From IMG/VR virus record IMGVR_UViG_3300009605_000029, positions 1 through 54,839 of that record: a stretch of 54,839 nucleotides of DNA. One strand, given 5' to 3'. The position numbers and the translations under genes are program-made. Numbering within the stretch: the first letter of the stretch is position 1; every line of letters begins with the position of its first letter. Positions 1-7,922 of this stretch are shown here, in pieces. The stretch comes from a virus. Taxonomy: Duplodnaviria; Caudoviricetes. The notes below the pieces were generated by a model, which made no database searches, was not told where the DNA came from, and saw only the letters and a program-made list of their open reading frames with translations.

Positions 1-765
1 AGCAAGGACCCCACGGATCATGGATGTGGAGAGATTCTAGTTCCTGAGGATTTCAAGGGTGACTCCCAGGAAGCTAAAGATGCGATAGAAAAAGAGGAAC
101 AAGATATCAACAAGCGTGTGGCAGAAGCCGCCATGCTTGAGAGACAGATAGGTAGTGGAAAGGGAGGTATGATTGATAGGATTTTCAAATCAACTGGCAA
201 AACTGCATCGTCAGAACACATCCGATATTTTCTGAAGAAGCATTTCTCTTACGTTCGTAGTTACAAGCGTCCAAATAAACGGTTCTTGCACAGAAAAATA
301 TATTTACCAAGCAAGATCAAAACTCCGCACACACTCTATACTTGTATAGACTCGTCGGCGTCGATGGGCATAAACGAATTTGAAAAATGTCGAAAGAATC
401 TAGTGAGATGGGCCAAGGAACTAGGCTTAAGTAAGATTCGGGTAGCCTATGTGGACAGCGTGATACACATAAATAGAGAAACGGGCGATCCTTGGTATGA
501 CATAGATCTAAAAAACGGAGGCGGAGCAGATGCCATGGAGTTGGATGTTTACGGGGGAGGAGGAACATCGTTCGATCCAATATTTAATTACTTAGCGAAA
601 AACAATGAGGATGTCGGTGGCCTCGTATACTTTACCGATGGTTGCGGTACTGTCTGTGACAGAAGCCCCAACTTCCCAGTGCTATGGATTACGACATATA
701 AAACACCGAGCGTTGATAACTATGGAAGCAAGAAAAAGCTGTTTGGTAAGGTAGTCCACATCTAA
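1..765 (+). CDS. VWA-like domain protein (DUF2201 C-terminal type), 5'-truncated by the window edge
   Basis: Frame is open from base 1 (SKDPTDHGCGEIL...). MIDAS-like motifs: CIDSSASM, GGGGTSFDPIF, VYFTDG, followed by PVLW. Confidence 0.8.
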   Translation, partial: SKDPTDHGCGEILVPEDFKGDSQEAKDAIEKEEQDINKRVAEAAMLERQIGSGKGGMIDRIFKSTGKTASSEHIRYFLKKHFSYVRSYKRPNKRFLHRKIYLPSKIKTPHTLYTCIDSSASMGINEFEKCRKNLVRWAKELGLSKIRVAYVDSVIHINRETGDPWYDIDLKNGGGADAMELDVYGGGGTSFDPIFNYLAKNNEDVGGLVYFTDGCGTVCDRSPNFPVLWITTYKTPSVDNYGSKKKLFGKVVHI

Positions 766-780
766 TTGAGGGAGTCGATC

Positions 781-1107
781 ATGGTGGATAACACCTACAA
801 TGGATGGACAAATTGGGAAACTTGGCTAGTAAATTTATGGATAGACAACGATCAAAACCTTTATAAATACTACGGAGAGATGGCCCATACAGAGGTTGTA
901 AAAGATAAAAAAGCAGACACCGAGCATGCCACATACAAACTATCCACGGCTCTTCACAAACAATTCGATGAGCAGATGCCAGCGATCAGGGGCTTATATC
1001 TGGATCTGTTAAACGGGGCGATTAGTGAAGTTAATTGGCATGAGATTGCTCGACATTTGATAGAGCGAGCAGAGGAAGAGGAAAACTATGCCCAACAGGC
1101 TAACTAA
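781..1107 (+). CDS. Conserved phage hypothetical protein (YNGWTNWETW-type N-terminus)
   Basis: ATG 781 after GAGGGAG. The YNGWTNWETWLVNLWIDND...VNWHEIA pattern is typical of phage early genes. Confidence 0.7.
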   Translation: MVDNTYNGWTNWETWLVNLWIDNDQNLYKYYGEMAHTEVVKDKKADTEHATYKLSTALHKQFDEQMPAIRGLYLDLLNGAISEVNWHEIARHLIERAEEEENYAQQAN

Positions 1108-1224
1108 ATGACGTCTATTATCACGGCTTTCATCGTTGGTGCTTTGGTCGGCAACCTTTTCGGGATGTTCCTGATGGGTCTGCTCGTGGCTTCCCGTGAT
1201 AGGATGGATAATGAGAACCAATGA
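1108..1224 (+). CDS. Small single-pass membrane protein (38 aa; not in ORF track)
   Basis: Hand translation MTSIITAFIVGALVGNLFGMFLMGLLVASRDRMDNENQ; starts immediately after the previous stop (TAA ATG). Confidence 0.6.
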   Translation: MTSIITAFIVGALVGNLFGMFLMGLLVASRDRMDNENQ

Positions 1225-1501
1225 AGCGAGGCGCATGAGAGATAAGGCGTTAAGAAATGCGCGGAAGCAGGGTCATAACGTAGCCCTTATCTCCAAGTCG
1301 GGAGCCATAGAACTGTACGGATGCCTCAATAACTGCGATGCCATTATGGATATCTGGGACTCACCCTCCATGGTAAACGGCTCAATGCCCGAGGTGAAAT
1401 GTCGTGACAGTAGACAATCGCCATCTTCTTGGGTGGCAATCGCCACCTGGGCCAGGAGAGCATTAAAATATTTTTATTCCTGGACAGCTAAACTTCGCTA
1501 A
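1211..1501 (+). CDS. Hypothetical protein
   Basis: ORF overlapping the previous gene; start chosen at ATG 1211. Confidence 0.45.
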   Translation: MRTNEARRMRDKALRNARKQGHNVALISKSGAIELYGCLNNCDAIMDIWDSPSMVNGSMPEVKCRDSRQSPSSWVAIATWARRALKYFYSWTAKLR

Positions 1502-1552
1502 TATAAAAAATATAAAAAAGACGGAAATCTGCCATCAACCGGGAGAATAAAA

Positions 1553-1741
1553 ATGCCTGACCACCCGAACAAAGAAGTAGTTGATAAGCTGATGGAAAAA
1601 ATCAAGAGATATGCGGCACTTGCCAAACATCAATGGCCTATAGAATCGAAAGAAACCGAAAAAGATATTGAGAATAGTCTCTACGTAGCTATAGACACAG
1701 CGTTTGATAGGGGGCACGACCAGGGAAGTGTCACGTACTGA
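1553..1741 (+). CDS. Hypothetical protein
   Basis: 62-aa ORF with GGAG RBS upstream. Confidence 0.55.
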   Translation: MPDHPNKEVVDKLMEKIKRYAALAKHQWPIESKETEKDIENSLYVAIDTAFDRGHDQGSVTY

Positions 1742-1913
1742 TAGCGTAGATAAAAAAACCGCCGCCAGCGAATTCTGGGAAACACGCTGACGGCAGTTGA
1801 TCTGATCCAACTCACCACGAGAGAGGAGGCTCCGTAGTATGGCAGAGAATCTATTCCCAAAATCGTTTCTAGTCAACCAGCTACATACACAGACGGATCC
1901 GGAGAAGAACAGC

Positions 1914-2105
1914 ATGGCCGACACGCTCACCGTCACCCAGAAGACTAACTACGGGCAGACCGTCTATTACCCGGCCTGCGATCTAGCCCAACTGTTCGCC
2001 AACATTGCCAACACCACCACGCTGACCAGCCGCGCACTCCGGCAGATCGAAGGTCACGGCTTCAAGGTCAAGATCGAAATCCCTACAGCTCCTATCTGGA
2101 GATAG
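1914..2105 (+). CDS. Hypothetical phage protein
   Basis: GGAG RBS then ATG 1914; NYGQTVYYPACDLAQLFANIANTTTLT pattern; C/G-rich third codon positions. Confidence 0.6.
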   Translation: MADTLTVTQKTNYGQTVYYPACDLAQLFANIANTTTLTSRALRQIEGHGFKVKIEIPTAPIWR

Positions 2106-2197
2106 CATGAGGAAAGGGATATCCTCAATTCGCTCAATGCTCGAAGATCTCGTGTCTAAGAATAATTTTAGGGTAGTGCTGGCTGCGTCGTAATATA

Positions 2198-3964
2198 CTA
2201 TCCCTCAAAATCCCAATCGTAATCATCAAACGCAGGGCTGAAATCATGCCAACGTCCAGTAACGGTATCGAAATGCAGGGGACAGACGCCATGTTTTCCT
2301 ATCCAAGACCACCGGATTTTCCATATATGACATTCAGGAGGCTCTTCGTCACGCTGATGACGCCATGCGGTAATACCGATGTCGGCCTTTGCAAACCATG
2401 CCGCACTACCAGCCACATCATGGCCCGTAACAACCACCTTCTTATCTCCCCTCCTGTCTGGAGGCAGCTTCGTCGGGTGGGCTACGAAAAATACATGACA
2501 CTCATGATCACGAGCGAATTGCTGTACGGAAGTTAGCATTTCCGAAATGGCATCCGTTTCACGATGACCATGTGCGAGCCTTATATGGTTGTAGGGATCT
2601 ATCACCAAGACCCTACAACCCATTCTCATTACTGCCGCAGAAGCAACAGAGAGGATACCGTCGATATCGTTGGGGCCATCACGACGGGAGTCCATGAACA
2701 TGAAGTTTTCTTTAATCCATTCGGCAGCGAAGTCACGTTCTTCGGCACTCATACGAGTGGACGGACCATCAAAAAACGGACGATCTATAATCTTTTGTGC
2801 CAATTGAGCCATATGTAACTCAGGTGGCTTTTCAAAAGAGCAATAAACTGTTTTCCAATTATATGATTTGGCGAGGTTGATACAGATCTGATCAACCAGA
2901 TCCGACTTTCCACTACTAGGAAAGCCCGTAACTACCGTGAGCATCCCTGGAGGGAGTTGTATGTATTTATCTAACGAAGCAAAGCCAGTGGAAGCCCCCT
3001 TCATCTGGCCATTCTCATACAAATCTACAAACGAATCGACAAATGCTTCTGCACCATGTAGACCAATGGTTGGGAGCCGCTCACAATATTCCAACTGTTG
3101 CTCAAGGTATGCTGAACCCTCGGCACCTATAGCTTCTGAGGCGTCCTTGTGATCACCGAGATCTATCGTCCAAACTTTTGTACTACCTATTCTACGAATG
3201 ATCTCTTCTTGGAGAGCTTTCCCAGGCTCGTCCGAATCGGTATTCAAAATAATTCTTGGAGCAGAATCCAATTGTCGTTTCGCATGCCAGATATATCGAA
3301 ACTTATTGTCATCTTTGGGATCAATCTTTCCATCCCGAACCTTGGCTGGTGCGCCGTTGGGGATGGAGAGAACGGTCAGATTCTCTGGAAGATCGGTACT
3401 CATCCAAGCAAGCGCATCAAGCTCGCCTTCGCAAATTAAAACATCATTGCCATCAACATAAGAATTTAGATTAAAAAAATCTTCACATATGTTTTCTTGA
3501 CTGAAGCATTTTTTCTCGTCAGCGGATCTCCACTTCACGGCATTAACAACACTGCCACTCATGTAAGGAAAACCAACTGCCGGAACGACCTTGCCATTGA
3601 AACGATAGGTGCCAAGTATCGCATGGCTTTCAATAATCTCGTCGGCTATATGTCTGGATCTCAGGTAGTCTAGTGCCGTGCTGTTGCTGGATCCACGATC
3701 AATTTCGAGGGGGAAATTTTCCCCCCCAGATGGAGGTGATGCCATGAGTAAATCGAAATCAAGATCATCATTATGGTCCCAACCACCCTCTGTTCCACAA
3801 TGATGACACCTGTATTTAACCCCTGTGGTATCTATCCTAATAGATAGAGGGCGATCATTTCGATTCTTACTAGATCTGTCATCCTGACATTCTGGACATT
3901 GTTTCTTGTGTTGCCCACTACTAAGCCCAGATACTACATCGCGAATTTGTTTAGCTATCTGCAT
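2198..3964 (-). CDS. Bifunctional DNA primase-helicase (T7 gp4/Twinkle type)
   Basis: N-terminal Zn ribbon (CPEC...CHHC), TOPRIM (ICEGELDALA, TDSDEPG, KDASE), SF4 helicase Walker A GFPSSGKS, Walker B VLVIDPY, VAHPTK and DVAGSAAW. Confidence 0.93.
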   Translation of the reverse strand: MQIAKQIRDVVSGLSSGQHKKQCPECQDDRSSKNRNDRPLSIRIDTTGVKYRCHHCGTEGGWDHNDDLDFDLLMASPPSGGENFPLEIDRGSSNSTALDYLRSRHIADEIIESHAILGTYRFNGKVVPAVGFPYMSGSVVNAVKWRSADEKKCFSQENICEDFFNLNSYVDGNDVLICEGELDALAWMSTDLPENLTVLSIPNGAPAKVRDGKIDPKDDNKFRYIWHAKRQLDSAPRIILNTDSDEPGKALQEEIIRRIGSTKVWTIDLGDHKDASEAIGAEGSAYLEQQLEYCERLPTIGLHGAEAFVDSFVDLYENGQMKGASTGFASLDKYIQLPPGMLTVVTGFPSSGKSDLVDQICINLAKSYNWKTVYCSFEKPPELHMAQLAQKIIDRPFFDGPSTRMSAEERDFAAEWIKENFMFMDSRRDGPNDIDGILSVASAAVMRMGCRVLVIDPYNHIRLAHGHRETDAISEMLTSVQQFARDHECHVFFVAHPTKLPPDRRGDKKVVVTGHDVAGSAAWFAKADIGITAWRHQRDEEPPECHIWKIRWSWIGKHGVCPLHFDTVTGRWHDFSPAFDDYDWDFEG

Positions 3965-4413
3965 TGGGTACCCTCCCTCTCCTCTATAGTGTTTAATAAT
4001 GTATTTCTAACTAAGTCTTTGTTATCTAGACTACTAATAACAATTACTGAGTGTGGTTGTTCTTTATCTAATCCATGTTCGACATACTTGGATTTTATAC
4101 TTCTATCATTCTTGAATACTCTACCTTGTAAAAGATCTAGTATTAAAGATTCATCTAGATCAGGTCTCTTGGTTCTATAATAAATCTTCATAGCTATACT
4201 TAAGTCTTCTTCGAAAATCTTTTTTCTAATTGGGCACTGTAAGTCAAAATTCTTAGAATACAAAAGAGCTTTTTTTGACTTGATGAATCTAGATTTTCCA
4301 TCAATGAGGACGAAACGACGGGAGTTGGCCTTAGAGGCTGGTTCACCAAGTATATTAATTATACATGGATCGTCGTCAATACTCTTGCGTTTCTCTCGGC
4401 GGTTGATTATCAT
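3955..4413 (-). CDS. RusA-like Holliday junction resolvase
   Basis: GEPASKANSRR...RPDLDESLILDLLQGRVFKNDRSI pattern with RusA-type Asp residues; overlaps the primase-helicase start. Start codon uncertain (4413 or 4533). Confidence 0.72.
   Translation of the reverse strand: MIINRREKRKSIDDDPCIINILGEPASKANSRRFVLIDGKSRFIKSKKALLYSKNFDLQCPIRKKIFEEDLSIAMKIYYRTKRPDLDESLILDLLQGRVFKNDRSIKSKYVEHGLDKEQPHSVIVISSLDNKDLVRNTLLNTIEEREGTQCR
4385..4413 (+). promoter_or_regulatory. Putative sigma70-type promoter for the + strand recombination operon
   Basis: TTGCGT (4385-4390), 17 nt spacer, TATCAT (4408-4413), ending about 48 nt upstream of the GTG at 4461. Confidence 0.4.
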
Positions 4414-4460
4414 TCCCCTCAACGTTGGACACCTCGGACGATAACACCTGGAGATGAAAC

Positions 4461-4727
4461 GTGCAAGAAGAGTCCAAACGATACAGAGTTTACGAGGGGG
4501 TGGGCGTGCCACCTCCCGTAAATCCTGGGCCACGCCGAAAGTGGGGCGACCTACCGCTTGAGAGCGTGGCAGTAGGGGATCTCATCGAAATGCCAATGAC
4601 CAAGGAGGGAGTAGATGGATTGATAAGTTCAATCAGAAGTTACGTCTACCGGGTGTCTCGTAGAACAAACAAGAAATTCACTGTTCGTAGAACTGATTAC
4701 GGAATTGGAATATGGAGGGTGAAGTGA
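4461..4727 (+). CDS. Small putative DNA-binding protein (paralog 1)
   Basis: LPLESVAVGD...IRSYVYR...KKFTVRR...IGIWRVK; GGAG RBS. Confidence 0.65.
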   Translation: MQEESKRYRVYEGVGVPPPVNPGPRRKWGDLPLESVAVGDLIEMPMTKEGVDGLISSIRSYVYRVSRRTNKKFTVRRTDYGIGIWRVK

Positions 4728-4984
4728 ATGATTTTGACATTCGTAGCGATAGGCTGATGCCCAGCAAGATGAGCTTAGGAGCCCTTGATTATCCCTTTGA
4801 TGATCTAGCTGTTGGGCAGTCTTTTATTGTCGATGCGGGAGCAGATGGAGATGATGATGGACGTAGAACGATAGAAAATCGGCTACGATCCGCAGCCTTT
4901 CGTTACGGCAAGAAACTCAATAAAAGATTTTCTTGTCGCTTCATTAGTGGCGATAGAAAAATCGGTGTCTGGAGAACAGAGTGA
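4724..4984 (+). CDS. Small putative DNA-binding protein (paralog 2)
   Basis: YPFDDLAVGQSF...LRSAAFRYG...KRFSCR...IGVWRTE; GGAGG RBS and GTGA overlap with the previous gene. Confidence 0.65.
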   Translation: MNDFDIRSDRLMPSKMSLGALDYPFDDLAVGQSFIVDAGADGDDDGRRTIENRLRSAAFRYGKKLNKRFSCRFISGDRKIGVWRTE

Positions 4985-5697
4985 ATCTAACAAATGAGTA
5001 CGGAGCGCCAGATGTTTTTATCAAAGCCATTGAAGCTGATCCCTATGACATGGGAGACGCTGACTTCAGCGTGACAGGGCTACTGCAGCCTCCGCAAATC
5101 ACTCGTTTATGGAAGGAGAATGAAGATCTCCTTAGCTCTGACGTTCGTGATGAGGTGTGGAAACTTCTGGGATCCGGCGTCCATGCCGTACTGGAAGGTC
5201 ACGGTGACGGTGCCGTGGAACAGAGATTGTTCTCTGAATATGAGGGCGTAAAAATCTCCGGTGCCGTGGACTTGGTGAAAAATGGGCACGTTACTGACTA
5301 CAAGGTTACGTCTGTTTATACCACAACCAGATCCCTTAAGCCTGACTGGGAATCGCAACTCAATTTGTATGCGTGGCTTTTAGGAAAAAATGGAACCGAA
5401 GTAAATCGTTTAACCATCGTTGCAGTATGTCGGGATTGGATGAAGAGCAGGGCTGGTAAAAATAATTATCCAAACAGCCCGATTGTTTCGATTCCGGTTC
5501 CACTTTGGTCGCCGGAAAGACAAGAGAGGTTTGTGTCCCAACGGGTAGCCGTTCACACAAAGGAGGAAACCACTCCCTGTACAGATGAAGAGCGTTGGAT
5601 GAACGATGCTGGAACAAAGTTCGCCAGATGTGAAGGTTGGTGTCCCGTGAGTGAGTATTGCCCACAATGGAGAGGAGATAGAAAGAATGCCCGTTAG
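4981..5697 (+). CDS. PD-(D/E)XK family exonuclease (Cas4/RecB-like)
   Basis: GSGVHAVLE, E..., SGAVDL, DYKVT, QLNLYAWL; C-terminal Cys cluster (C...CEGWCPVSEYC). Confidence 0.82.
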   Translation: MNLTNEYGAPDVFIKAIEADPYDMGDADFSVTGLLQPPQITRLWKENEDLLSSDVRDEVWKLLGSGVHAVLEGHGDGAVEQRLFSEYEGVKISGAVDLVKNGHVTDYKVTSVYTTTRSLKPDWESQLNLYAWLLGKNGTEVNRLTIVAVCRDWMKSRAGKNNYPNSPIVSIPVPLWSPERQERFVSQRVAVHTKEETTPCTDEERWMNDAGTKFARCEGWCPVSEYCPQWRGDRKNAR

Positions 5698-5902
5698 TTC
5701 AACATGCCGAATGCCCGTGTACTCAATGGATGGTTACAAGGAGTCTATTGTAACTGCGGACAGCTTAATAATAGCAGAAGCAATTACGGGGGGAGCCGAA
5801 ATCAAGGGTATAGCAGAAGCAATTACTGAGGGATTTAAGCTTGTGGCAGAAGCAATTCTCACGGAACGAGAGGAGGGGGCAAAGAATGGCAGCAACGAAT
5901 AA
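5687..5902 (+). CDS. Hypothetical protein with internal (I/V)AEAI repeats
   Basis: AGGAG RBS; overlaps both neighbours. Confidence 0.5.
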   Translation: MPVSSTCRMPVYSMDGYKESIVTADSLIIAEAITGGAEIKGIAEAITEGFKLVAEAILTEREEGAKNGSNE

Positions 5903-6671
5903 AGACCCGACAGCTAAAGAGATCTGGGACACGCTGTCCAGTATCAACGTCAACGAACACACGGAGGATCGTGGGGGACTAACGTATCTTTCGTGGGCCT
6001 GGGCCTGGGGAATGATGATGGAGCATTACCCAGATCTCAGTATCAAGTGGCATGGTCAGGTAGATGAGGGTGGCACCATGCGCGACATACAAGTTTACCC
6101 AGGTGGCAGTTCAATGGTGAACTGCTCAATCACGATAGGGAATGTGACGAGGGAAATGTGGTTACCCGTCATGGATTATCGTCACAAAGCTATCGCAAAT
6201 GCCGACAGCAGAAGCATATCAGATGCTCGAATGCGTTGCCTCACGAAATGCTTCGCTCTCTTCGGCTTGGGACACTACATCTATGCTGGAGAAGATCTTC
6301 CGCAAGATGCCACGTCTTCCAAGGCGGCTCCAAAAAAGACGCCGAAACCCAAGGCGACCAAGAAAGCACCGGAGTATAAATCTCCAAAGAAATCACCCAA
6401 GAAGGCCGTGGAGGAGGCCAAAGAAGATCGACCGTCGCTTACCTATGATGAGGTGTCAATAGACGAGTCGATCACAAAGCTCAAGGAAACGGTAACCGAT
6501 CTACACAAGCGAGGGTGGACACCTGCCGATGATGCTGCCAAGAAGCAGATCACAGATGCGATTAAGAACCGTGACGGCGAAGCCTTGGTCAAGCTGAGGG
6601 AGGAAATTCTAGCTCTCGGAGAAAGTGCGCTCAAACTTCATGATGCAGAGGAGGAGAAAGACAATGCCTGA
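5886..6671 (+). CDS. Sak/DUF1071 (Rad52-like) single-strand annealing protein
   Basis: INVNEHTE..GLTYLSWAWAW, MWLPVMD, MRCLTKCFALFGLGHYIYAGEDLP; Lys/Pro-rich linker; GAGGAGG RBS. Confidence 0.85.
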   Translation: MAATNKDPTAKEIWDTLSSINVNEHTEDRGGLTYLSWAWAWGMMMEHYPDLSIKWHGQVDEGGTMRDIQVYPGGSSMVNCSITIGNVTREMWLPVMDYRHKAIANADSRSISDARMRCLTKCFALFGLGHYIYAGEDLPQDATSSKAAPKKTPKPKATKKAPEYKSPKKSPKKAVEEAKEDRPSLTYDEVSIDESITKLKETVTDLHKRGWTPADDAAKKQITDAIKNRDGEALVKLREEILALGESALKLHDAEEEKDNA

Positions 6672-6978
6672 TTACGCCGACGAACCGAAACTCGACTTTG
6701 CAGTTTTCACAAACAAGTATGCTAAGACTGATCGCCATCCTTCAGAGGTGGGCAAGATAGAGTTTACCAGAGAATTTCTGAAAGCGATGGTGGATAGAGC
6801 CAAGACAGGTACGATGCCTGTTTTAAGGGCTGCTATGTGGAACCGTACAAGCAAAGCTGGCTTGGACTATCGTTTCTTTAGGTTAGAACTGGAACGTGAA
6901 AAGACCATGCCCACAGAAGAGCCGACGAATAGTGGCACTACTAAGGACAAGGAAACCAATGAAGGTCTCCCCTGGTAG
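6664..6978 (+). CDS. Putative single-stranded DNA-binding protein
   Basis: Follows Sak; FTNKYAKTDRHP...GKIEF...AAMWNRTSKAG and an acidic tail ending LPW, resembling SSB C-termini. Confidence 0.5.
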   Translation: MPDYADEPKLDFAVFTNKYAKTDRHPSEVGKIEFTREFLKAMVDRAKTGTMPVLRAAMWNRTSKAGLDYRFFRLELEREKTMPTEEPTNSGTTKDKETNEGLPW

Positions 6979-7159
6979 GAAGCAATTTCTACTTAGGCTT
7001 CCGCACAGCTTGTTTGAACACACCAAGGCGTATGCTGATAGAGAAAATCTCAGCATCACACGGTATATAAACAGAGCAATAGAAGCGTATGTAGAAGCTA
7101 CAGATGAAGTAAATGAAGAAGATGGCAATTCATCTCGCGCAGGATGGTGGATGAATTGA
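6959..7159 (+). CDS. Ribbon-helix-helix (Arc/HicB-like) regulator
   Basis: KQFLLRLPHSLFEHTKAYADRENLSITRYINRAIE matches the RHH pattern. Confidence 0.72.
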   Translation: MKVSPGRKQFLLRLPHSLFEHTKAYADRENLSITRYINRAIEAYVEATDEVNEEDGNSSRAGWWMN

Positions 7160-7295
7160 GTAGTGGATCTGGGGGGTACGGCTGCGCTAGGATCGTAGCT
7201 TGTGCTTAAACGACCATGTGAAAACTCAGTAGGCATCCGAAGTGCCCAACCTACTGAGGGTGCCCCCAGAATTCTTTAACGAGAAAGGAGAAAAG

Positions 7296-7922
7296 ATGGA
7301 TATTTCTGACAATCCAGATTGGCTTACTCAAGCTGAAAGCTGTTCAAAACAATTGTCCATGTTTGATGCGTCTCATCAAGAACCGGGATCTAAAATAGAT
7401 CTTACAAATGAGCAAGATGAATTCTTCCAGGATCTTCTAGATACCAAAGAATATTTTTCTGATCTGAATCGCCTGAGAAGAATGTCCAACGAGCCAATCT
7501 CTAAGTGCCACCGTTGTGGTGCCAACAGCAAGGTGTACGCCTACAAGATTGGATCGTATGCACGGGTGCTGATTTGGATGGCATTCCACGGCAAGAACGG
7601 GGAGTACGTTCATATACCTACTTCGGGAGCCATCAACGGTGGTGGCGACTACGCGAAACTTCGGTACTGGAGACTGATTGAAAAGAGCCCGAAGAATCCG
7701 GATCCAAAGAAAAGATCATCCGGCTTATGGAGACTGACAACTACGGGTAGGGACTTTGCACTTAATAAGACTACCGTTAATAGCATTTGCTATTACAGCC
7801 ATCCGCCTGGGGAAATACTGGGATTTGAACCAGACCAAGTAAGTATTGTGGATGCTCTTGGTAAGTATTTCGATTACGAAAATCTTATGTCTGGTTATGA
7901 ATGGGAGGTGGCCCTCCTGTGA
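7296..7922 (+). CDS. Hypothetical protein with CxxC and possible winged helix
   Basis: AAGGAG RBS before ATG 7296; CHRCG; YAKLRYWRLIE...GLWRLTTTGRDF is wing-like. Confidence 0.6.
   Translation: MDISDNPDWLTQAESCSKQLSMFDASHQEPGSKIDLTNEQDEFFQDLLDTKEYFSDLNRLRRMSNEPISKCHRCGANSKVYAYKIGSYARVLIWMAFHGKNGEYVHIPTSGAINGGGDYAKLRYWRLIEKSPKNPDPKKRSSGLWRLTTTGRDFALNKTTVNSICYYSHPPGEILGFEPDQVSIVDALGKYFDYENLMSGYEWEVALL

Noticed and set aside
4352-4379. Minus-strand promoter TTGACG-16-TAATAT
   Set aside because: It lies inside the RusA-like coding region in AT-rich sequence where chance matches are likely.
4981-5697. Cas4-like nuclease as evidence of a CRISPR-Cas system
   Set aside because: No cas1/cas2 or array is present; its position next to Sak and an SSB-like gene fits a phage recombination exonuclease.
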